Part shown: positions 1-6,000 of the stretch, in pieces
Position numbering within the stretch: the stretch's first letter is position 1
Layout of the letters: each line of letters starts with the position of its first letter
Source: Candidatus Iainarchaeum sp.
GTDB taxonomy: Archaea > Iainarchaeota > Iainarchaeia > Iainarchaeales > CSSED10-239
DNA length: 8,796 nt
Direction of reading: 5' to 3'
NCBI GenBank assembly: GCA_028700905.1
Contig: JAQVRT010000031.1
Location: 1 to 8,796, forward strand
The notes under the pieces: model-generated
What the model was told of the DNA's origin: nothing
The model's database searches: none
Seen by the model: the letters and a program-made list of their open reading frames with translations, nothing else
Translations under genes and position numbers: made by a program

Positions 1-129
1 AAATTAAATACACATCCTTTAATAATTGAATATAATTCAAAATTAGATAGTTATATTGCTAAAAAACATTATGGCATTTCTGTTTTTGGGCTATTTAATA
101 AATTTATTAAACATTTTAAATTATTTTAA
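1..129 (+). CDS. 3' end of an ORF entering from the left edge (42 C-terminal codons, product unknown)
   Basis: Frame +1 is open from base 1: KLNTHPLIIEYNSKLDSYIAKKHYGISVFGLFNKFIKHFKLF, with TAA at 127-129. I recognise no motif. 42 stop-free codons in DNA this AT-rich is only weak evidence. It converges on the GT25 gene across a 20-bp gap. Confidence 0.35.
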   Translation, partial: KLNTHPLIIEYNSKLDSYIAKKHYGISVFGLFNKFIKHFKLF

Positions 130-149
130 AATAAACTTATTTATATAGA

Positions 150-974
150 TTATTCTTTTTTAAATAAAAAATATTTTAATTTTATTTCTATTTCTTGAAT
201 AATGTCTTTTATAAATAAAACAATTTTCCATCTTTTGTTTTTTTGAAATCTTTTTGATTCTAAATATGAGTATAATATATATCTTTTTTGAAATAGTGTT
301 TTCAATTTTAAATTAGTTTGATTAGTTGTTTTATAAGGTCCATAAATACTCCCTTGATGAATTAAAGGTGGGTTTTGCCAATATACTTTTAAATTATATT
401 TTTTGCAAATAAATTTAAACTCTTCATCCATAGGTAATGTGAAATTATATATTTCTTTTAGAAATAAATTTATTTTATTTTTATGTATTATGTACCCTCC
501 TAATCCCCAAGATCCTTTTTTATTAGCTATCAATCCTTTTTTTTTAAACAATCTATATCTGTTATCGCATAACAAATCTATAAAACAAACATCCCAATTT
601 ACTTTCTCTAATTGTGATATTAATTTATTTAAATTTTGTTTAAAATTAGGCTCTATAATAGCATCATCTTCTATAATTAATGCATGAGTATGATTTAATT
701 TATTAATAATATTCCATATTTTGTAATGGTTTAAATTTAAATTTATACTTGCATCTGATAGTTTGTGAAATTTATTTTTTTTATTTATAGTTTTAAATTT
801 GTAATCCCATATTTCTTTATCTGGTAAATATCTTTTTAAAATAGGTTTATTTTTATATTCGTTTTCTTCTTGAATAATAAATCTTACATTTAATTTTATT
901 TTTTTAAACTCTTTTTGAAGATATTTTCGTCTTTCAATTAATGGTTTATAATTTAATATATATATAGGAGTCAT
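150..974 (-). CDS. Glycosyltransferase family 25 (LPS/LOS-type beta-glycosyltransferase, LgtB/Lic2B-like)
   Basis: 274-aa ORF with ATG at 974-972 and TAA at 152-150. The N-terminus MTPIYILNYKPLIERRKYLQKEFKKIKLNVRFI matches the GT25 opening pattern (IYVINL..s.eRR..m..ql..l.i.yef). The segment HALIIEDDAIIEPNF matches the GT25 acidic EDD motif region. Confidence 0.85.
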   Translation of the reverse strand: MTPIYILNYKPLIERRKYLQKEFKKIKLNVRFIIQEENEYKNKPILKRYLPDKEIWDYKFKTINKKNKFHKLSDASINLNLNHYKIWNIINKLNHTHALIIEDDAIIEPNFKQNLNKLISQLEKVNWDVCFIDLLCDNRYRLFKKKGLIANKKGSWGLGGYIIHKNKINLFLKEIYNFTLPMDEEFKFICKKYNLKVYWQNPPLIHQGSIYGPYKTTNQTNLKLKTLFQKRYILYSYLESKRFQKNKRWKIVLFIKDIIQEIEIKLKYFLFKKE

Positions 975-1074
975 AATTAATTTATTTAATAAGTATTTTT
1001 AATATTATTAGTAAGTACTATTTAAATATGTTTTGGTATTGTTTTATTTAATTTAAATATTAATTTGATTTATT
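975..1074. promoter_or_regulatory. Divergent promoter region shared by the GT25 and GT11 genes
   Basis: 100-bp spacer between two divergent ATGs (974 and 1075) that is almost pure A/T. It has several TATA-like strings (tttaaata, atttaaatatt). I cannot resolve an individual TATA/BRE, so this is a positional inference only. Confidence 0.35.
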
Positions 1075-1941
1075 ATGATTATTGTGAGATTAAGTGGTGG
1101 TGTTGGAAATCAAATGTTTCAATATGCTGCCGCCAAAAGTTTAGCTATAGCTAAAAATACTTCACTTGAAATAGATATTAATAATTTTAAACATTATACT
1201 AATAATTTTAGGGTTTATAACTTAAATTATTTTAACATAACCTCTAAAATTAATAATAATAAAATAATTAGAATTTATTCTAATAAATATGTCTATTATC
1301 TTTTAAGAAAAACAAATAAATTTTTATTGAATTTTATTTTAAATATATATTTTGAACCAAAACATTATTTTAATCAAAATTTTTTTGATTTATCTAAAAA
1401 TACTTATTTGATAGGATATTTTCAAAGTGAACTTTATTTTAAATCTATTTTTAAGACAATTTGTTCTGAATTTAAATTTAAAGTTATATTTGATAGTTTA
1501 TTAGTTGATAAAGTTAAGTCTAAACCAAGTTCTGTTTCAATACATGTCAGGAGAGGAGACTATTTAAATTCAAAAATTTGTTCTGAATTTAATGTGTGTA
1601 ATTTAGATTATTTTTACAAGGGCATTAATTTAATATCAAAGAAAATAACTAACCCTTATTTTTTTATTTTTTCAGATGATGTAATGTGGTGTAAAAAGAA
1701 TTTAAAAATACCTTTTCCTCATTATTTTGTAGAAGGAGATAATAAAGATACTTCTTTAAGAGATCTTCAATTAATGAGTTTGTGTAAACATAATATTATT
1801 TCAAATAGTACTTTTAGTTGGTGGGGAGCATATTTAAATCAGAATGAAAATAAGATTGTTATTGCTCCAAAGATATGGTTTAATCATTCAGATAAATCTT
1901 ATTATAAAGATATTGTTCCTGATAACTGGATTAAGATTTAA
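1075..1941 (+). CDS. Glycosyltransferase family 11, alpha-1,2-fucosyltransferase (FutC/WbgL-like)
   Basis: 288 aa. The N-terminus MIIVRLSGGVGNQMFQYAAAKSLA is the hallmark GT11 start (G-GLGNQMFQYA). The HVRRGDY motif is at 1543-1563. The C-terminal segments ISNSTFSWWGAYL and IVIAPKIWF are GT11 motifs III/IV. Confidence 0.9.
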   Translation: MIIVRLSGGVGNQMFQYAAAKSLAIAKNTSLEIDINNFKHYTNNFRVYNLNYFNITSKINNNKIIRIYSNKYVYYLLRKTNKFLLNFILNIYFEPKHYFNQNFFDLSKNTYLIGYFQSELYFKSIFKTICSEFKFKVIFDSLLVDKVKSKPSSVSIHVRRGDYLNSKICSEFNVCNLDYFYKGINLISKKITNPYFFIFSDDVMWCKKNLKIPFPHYFVEGDNKDTSLRDLQLMSLCKHNIISNSTFSWWGAYLNQNENKIVIAPKIWFNHSDKSYYKDIVPDNWIKI

Positions 1942-1943
1942 TT

Positions 1944-2681
1944 TTATTTTTTTACAAACCAAAAACAACCACAACCATAATTTTGTTTATCTGCAACTTT
2001 CTTTTTTGAATTTTGAATATATTTATGAGTGTCTGTAATTAATGAAAATTCTTTTAATTTAAATTCGTTTTTAAAATAACTCATAATTTGATTGTAAGAA
2101 TATATTCTGTGAGCATTAAAAATTATTTTTGGATTTCCTATTGGTACTACAAAAAATAAATTTCCTTTTTTTGAAATTACTCTTTTTAATTCTTTTATTG
2201 CTTTTAAATCTCCTTTTGGATCTATGGGATCACCATATCTTCCTAATCCTATATGTTCTACAACATGCATGCAAGATAAAGATTGTATTGTATTAGTTTT
2301 AAAATTAAGTTTAGTTAAATCAGCATGGTTCGAGGATATGTTTTTCAAATTTAATTTAATTGGTCTATAATCATAATATTTCACTTTTATAAATGCAGAT
2401 ATTATACTTACAAAATATAAACTGGATGATATGTCTATATGTGTTTTTATTTTCAGTTGTTTTATTTTTCGTGCTGCCCAAGCTGTATGGTATATGTAAT
2501 GAGAGCTAAATTCTGTATTTTTTGTGTTTTCTCCTATTATTATCATTGTTTCTTTTAAATTTAATTTAAATCTATTATCTTCATTATGTTTGAATTTAAT
2601 GTAGTCTCTAGTAAACTTAATTAATCCATTTATTATTTTTAAAATAAATTTAAAGATATTTTTTAATTTCATAGATTTCAC
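1944..2681 (-). CDS. Class I SAM-dependent methyltransferase, DUF268-like (glycan-cluster type)
   Basis: 245-aa ORF. The segment LSCMHVVEHIGLGRYGDPIDPKGDLKAIKELKRVISKKGNLFFVVPIG...FNAHRIY matches the DUF268/LPS-cluster methyltransferase signature (EH.GLGRYGD.IDP.G ... PIG ... FNAHR). THIDISS occupies the motif I position. The track start is GTG at 2681. The ATG 9 nt downstream (2672) is at least as likely in this AT-rich genome. Confidence 0.75.
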   Translation of the reverse strand: MKSMKLKNIFKFILKIINGLIKFTRDYIKFKHNEDNRFKLNLKETMIIIGENTKNTEFSSHYIYHTAWAARKIKQLKIKTHIDISSSLYFVSIISAFIKVKYYDYRPIKLNLKNISSNHADLTKLNFKTNTIQSLSCMHVVEHIGLGRYGDPIDPKGDLKAIKELKRVISKKGNLFFVVPIGNPKIIFNAHRIYSYNQIMSYFKNEFKLKEFSLITDTHKYIQNSKKKVADKQNYGCGCFWFVKK

Positions 2682-3098
2682 TTTATTTTAATTTATTAAT
2701 TTTATTTTTAGTAACTATTATAGTTTATATTTTTCACTTTTTATATAATACAAAATAAAACCATTTATATACTTTTCTAATCTATAATTACATTATAAAA
2801 TGATAAATGATTAATAAGGTTTAGTTAAAAAAATGTTAATCAAAAGATATAAAAAAGAAATAATGTAATTCAATTGAATAAAAAATGTTTTAATAAAAAT
2901 AATAAAAAAACTATTTATTATCAAATAATAAAAAAATAAGTGACAATAAAACAACTACTATTTTTATTTTTAAAAAAGATTTTTTTATAAAAGAGAATTA
3001 AAATTCTTTATCTTTAACATAAACTTTTTAACTAAAAAATAAAAAAACCTTGTTAAGATGTTATTTTAAAAAAAACATAAAAAAAGAGTGAAAAAAAT

Positions 3099-3290
3099 AT
3101 GAATGGTACTGTTAAATTCTATAATTTTAAAAAAAATTTCGGTTTTATAACTGGAGAAGATGGTAAAGACTACTTTGTTCATAGTTCAGGAATAGCTGAC
3201 GGACAAATGATTAAAGATGGTATGCCAGTTACTTTTGAAGTTACAGAAGATGAAAAAGGTCAAAAAGCAATTAATGTTCAAAAAGTTTAA
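3099..3290 (+). CDS. csp: Cold-shock domain protein (CspA family, single CSD)
   Basis: 63 aa: MNGTVKFYNFKKNFGFITGEDGKDYFVHSSGI...GQKAINV. It has an RNP1-like NFGFI and an RNP2-like YFVHS at the canonical spacing, and the length is typical. An SD-like gagtga lies 7 nt upstream of the ATG. An A/T-rich TATA-like ttattttaaaa lies about 30 bp upstream. Confidence 0.9.
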   Translation: MNGTVKFYNFKKNFGFITGEDGKDYFVHSSGIADGQMIKDGMPVTFEVTEDEKGQKAINVQKV

Positions 3291-3350
3291 TTTTAAAACA
3301 TTAGAATCCTTATTTGTTTAAATCTTTAAAAAATATAATCTTAAAACACA

Positions 3351-3419
3351 AAATAACCTTAATTTCTTTTTAAAAAGAAAAAAATAAGGTTATTTCTTTT
3401 CTTTTTTAATTTTTCTTTT
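3351..3419 (+). terminator. Imperfect long hairpin followed by a T-rich run, a candidate csp terminator
   Basis: aaataaccttA (3351-3361) pairs perfectly over 11 bp with Taaggttattt (3385-3395). An inner tttcttttt/aaaaagaaa pairing follows. The hairpin is immediately followed by tcttttcttttttaatttttctttt. Oligo-T tracts are archaeal termination signals. It lies about 60 nt after the csp stop. Confidence 0.45.
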
Positions 3420-3559
3420 ATAAACTTTTCGTTAACTTAATAAAATTAACTTCTTTTAGTTCAATTTATATCTATTTTTAATAATTTTCTTAGTTTTCTA
3501 AACTAAATCTAATTATAATCATTTTACTGTATAATTACTTTATATAAAATTCTGCTTTT

Positions 3560-3679
3560 TTATAAACACATAATAGTTATCAATAAAAAAGAGGTTTGTG
3601 AAAAGTTAAAGGAAATAAATTTACCAAACTTTAAAAACATAACAAAAAAGGAAAGGTTTTTTTTCTTTCTCGGCCACAT
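3560..3679 (-). CDS. Candidate small ORF (39 aa) with a strong Shine-Dalgarno site, divergent from mcm
   Basis: The minus strand reads ttGGGAGGGAGAGG-ATG TGG CCG AGA AAG..., giving MWPRKKKNLSFFVMFLKFGKFISFNFSQTSFLLITIMCL and TAA (3562-3560). The GGAGG core sits 6 nt before the ATG (3679-3677). The ORF is below the size cut-off of the ORF track. Caveat: the Phe/Lys-rich composition is what the antisense of A-rich DNA gives by chance. Confidence 0.3.
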   Translation of the reverse strand: MWPRKKKNLSFFVMFLKFGKFISFNFSQTSFLLITIMCL

Positions 3680-3715
3680 CCTCTCCCTCCCAATTTACCT
3701 TTAAAAAGGTTTTGG

Positions 3716-3735
3716 GAATATAAATATAATTATAG
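3716..3735 (+). promoter_or_regulatory. TATA-like block upstream of mcm, possibly bidirectional
   Basis: ggaatataaatataattata is centred about 35 bp upstream of the mcm ATG (3759). A weak SD-like gttgat lies 5 nt before the ATG. The same block sits about 40-55 bp upstream of the minus-strand sORF ATG. Confidence 0.4.
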
Positions 3736-3758
3736 AACATACAAAAAGTTGATAATTA

Positions 3759-5897
3759 ATGGTTGATATAGATCTTGAAAAAGAATTAAACGAGTTTGAT
3801 ATAAAAGAATCAAAGAGTATTTTAGTTGATGAATATGTTGATCTCTTTATAGATTTTTTTGAAGATGTTTATAAAAAAGAAATTGAACAATTAGCCTCTA
3901 ATTATCCTACAAAAAAATCATTAGATATTGATTATAAAAAATTAGAAGATTTTGATCTAAATTTAGCAGAAAGATTATTATCTTCTCCAGGTATTATTTT
4001 TGAAGCAGCAAATGTTGCTATTAAAAAAATAGATCTTGGTATCTTAGATTCAGAAATTGAAGATAATTTTACACCTATTGTAAGATTTTTCAATCTTCCT
4101 GAAGAATACAGAGTTTCAATAAGAGAAGTTGGTTCTGAACATTTAACTGATTTAGTTTCAGTTGAAGGAACAATAAGAGTTATTACTGAAAAATTAGAAA
4201 AATTAACTCAAGCTTATTATATTTGTAGAAAATGTTCAACTCCAGTTGTTTTAGCTCAAAAAACACAACAACTTGTAAAACCTGTAATGTGTAATGAATG
4301 TAAATCTAGAGAGTTTGATCTAGATTTAGAACAATCTAAATTTATTGATTATCAAAAAATACAAATCCAAGAACCTTTAGAAAACTTAAAAGGTTCAGAA
4401 CAAGCCTCAAACATAGATGTTTATCTATCAGATGATTTAGTTAATAGATGTTCAGCTGGAGATAAAATAATTGTTACTGGTACATTAAAATTAAGACCTC
4501 CAAAAGGAGATATTAATATTTTTTCAAGATATTTAGTTGCAAACCATATTGAAAAAATAGATCAAGAGTATGAAGAATTAAAAATATCTTATGAAGAAGA
4601 ACAAGAAATTAAAGCTCTTTCAAAAAAAGAAGATGTTTATCAATTATTATCAAAATCAGTTGCTCCTAATATCTTTGGACATGATGTTGTAAAAGAAGCA
4701 GTTACTTTACAAATGTTTGGTGGTGTTAAAAAAGAAATTGCAAAACAAAAGTTTAGAGGAAACATACATATTCTTCTTGTGGGAGATCCTTCTACTGGTA
4801 AATCTAAAATTTTAGAATATGCAAACATTTTAGCTCCAAAAAGTATATATGTTGCAGGAAAAACAGTTTCTGGTGCTGGTCTTACAGTTTCTGCTGTAAA
4901 AGATGAATATGGAGAAGGTGGTTGGACTTTAAAAGCCGGTGCTATTATTTTAGCAAGTGGTGGAATTGCAATGATTGATGAGTTTGATAAGATTGGTGCA
5001 GATGATAGGTCTTCTCTTCACGAAGCAATGGCACAAGCTACAGTTTCTGTATCTAAGGCTGGTTTATATAGTAAATTTAGAGCTGACACTTCAGTTTTAG
5101 CTGCAGCAAATCCAAAATACAATAGGTTTGATCCTTATAAGAATCCTTTAGAGCAAATAGACTTACCTTTTTCTCTTCTTTCAAGATTTGATCTTTATTT
5201 TGTAATTCCAGATCTTTTAGATAGACAAATGGATTCAGATATTGCAAAACATGTTTTAAGAACTCAAGAATTGGCAGAAAAACTATCTGGAAGAGATAAA
5301 ACTATTTCAAAAGAGGAATTAAATGATATTGAAAAAGAAATACTTCCTTCAATTGATCCTAATCTTTTTAAAAAGTTTGTAGCTTATGCAAGACAGAATA
5401 TAAGACCTGTTCTTTCAAAAGAAGCTTCTGATATTATTTTAAAATATTATGTTGAGTTAAGAGATTTAGGTAGAAAGAATAGAAGCTTTACAGCAACTCC
5501 AAGACAGCTTGAAGGTTTTATTAGATTATCTGAAGCTAGTGCTAAAATAAAACTTAAAAAAACCATTGATGCAGAAGATGCTCAAAGAGCAATTAGAATT
5601 TTTAAGACTTCTTTAGAGCAAGTTGCAATGGATAAAGAGACAGGTAAGATTGATATTGATATTTTGCAGACTGGTCAATCTCAAAGTGAGAGAAACTTTA
5701 TTAAAGTTGTTTTAAAATATTTAAAAGATTTATCTTCAAAAGACCCTATAACTACAAAAGAGTTTATTGAGTTTACAACAAAAGAAGGTCATGATAAAGA
5801 TAAAGTAATGGATGCTATTTCAAAGCTTAAAAAAATAGGAGATATTTATGAACCTAGATCTGGTCTTTTAAAAGCAACAGAGCCTGATGCTTTTTAA
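3759..5897 (+). CDS. mcm: MCM replicative DNA helicase (archaeal minichromosome maintenance protein)
   Basis: 712 aa with the full motif set in order. The C4 zinc finger is CRKC...CNEC (4224-4301). Walker A is LLVGDPSTGKSK (GDPSTGKS at 4782-4805). Walker B is MIDEFDK. Sensor 1 is VLAAANP. The arginine finger is SRFDL. Sensor 2 is TATPRQLE. A C-terminal winged-helix-like tail follows. The length shows no intein. Confidence 0.97.
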   Translation: MVDIDLEKELNEFDIKESKSILVDEYVDLFIDFFEDVYKKEIEQLASNYPTKKSLDIDYKKLEDFDLNLAERLLSSPGIIFEAANVAIKKIDLGILDSEIEDNFTPIVRFFNLPEEYRVSIREVGSEHLTDLVSVEGTIRVITEKLEKLTQAYYICRKCSTPVVLAQKTQQLVKPVMCNECKSREFDLDLEQSKFIDYQKIQIQEPLENLKGSEQASNIDVYLSDDLVNRCSAGDKIIVTGTLKLRPPKGDINIFSRYLVANHIEKIDQEYEELKISYEEEQEIKALSKKEDVYQLLSKSVAPNIFGHDVVKEAVTLQMFGGVKKEIAKQKFRGNIHILLVGDPSTGKSKILEYANILAPKSIYVAGKTVSGAGLTVSAVKDEYGEGGWTLKAGAIILASGGIAMIDEFDKIGADDRSSLHEAMAQATVSVSKAGLYSKFRADTSVLAAANPKYNRFDPYKNPLEQIDLPFSLLSRFDLYFVIPDLLDRQMDSDIAKHVLRTQELAEKLSGRDKTISKEELNDIEKEILPSIDPNLFKKFVAYARQNIRPVLSKEASDIILKYYVELRDLGRKNRSFTATPRQLEGFIRLSEASAKIKLKKTIDAEDAQRAIRIFKTSLEQVAMDKETGKIDIDILQTGQSQSERNFIKVVLKYLKDLSSKDPITTKEFIEFTTKEGHDKDKVMDAISKLKKIGDIYEPRSGLLKATEPDAF

Positions 5898-5915
5898 AAT
5901 TTTAGTTTTGGGATT

Positions 5916-5965
5916 ATGTGGATTGTTAATCCTTATAAATTACATATAATGTGGATTCCTAATCC
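5916..5965. promoter_or_regulatory. Two 17-bp direct repeats, each containing a GGATT-N3-AATCC palindrome (candidate operator)
   Basis: ATGTGGATTgtTAATCC lies at 5916-5932 and ATGTGGATTccTAATCC at 5949-5965, a 15/17 match. The palindrome centres are 33 bp apart. An extra GGATT half-site lies at 5911-5915. Repeat 2 abuts the TATA-like atatatttaaat (5966-5977) upstream of the ATPase ATG at 6001. Confidence 0.5.
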
Positions 5966-6000
5966 ATATATTTAAATTCTTTTTGTTTATTATATTTTAT

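Noticed and set aside
537-545. Homopolymeric T9/A9 tracts in the glycosyltransferase genes (also 777-784 and 899-905) as phase-variation switches
   Set aside because: Comparable A/T runs occur in nearly every gene here, for example T9 at 6307-6315 in the ATPase. They simply encode Lys/Phe runs in an AT-rich genome, so there is no specific evidence for slipped-strand regulation.
403-687. 94-aa plus-strand ORF inside the GT25 gene
   Set aside because: It is entirely antisense to a motif-supported GT25 CDS. Its sequence is low-complexity (F/L/N/I-rich) with no recognisable motif or SD. It is a typical shadow ORF.
1844-2038. 64-aa plus-strand ORF spanning the GT11 3' end and the methyltransferase 3' end
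   Set aside because: It overlaps two well-supported genes in alternative frames and has no motif. It is an out-of-frame artefact.
2798-2813. C/D-box sRNA-like string aatgataaatgatta
   Set aside because: It is not an exact C box (RUGAUGA). No CUGA D box lies within a plausible distance and there is no terminal stem.
4640-4828. 62-aa minus-strand ORF inside mcm
   Set aside because: It is antisense to the most conserved part of MCM (the Walker A region), so it is a shadow ORF.
3759-5897. Intein, split or inactivated MCM
   Set aside because: The length is normal for archaeal MCM. All AAA+ and zinc-finger motifs are contiguous and intact, and no insertion lies between Walker A and B.
5916-5965. 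Possible mini CRISPR array
   Set aside because: There are only two copies of a 17-bp repeat with a 16-bp spacer, which is far below CRISPR repeat and spacer sizes. The window has no cas genes. An operator interpretation fits better.
5983-6000. TTG start extension of the ATPase ORF (MFIIFY...)
   Set aside because: The extension would place the start inside the TATA-like promoter element and add only hydrophobic filler. The ATG at 6001 (or 6010) fits the promoter spacing and family N-termini better.
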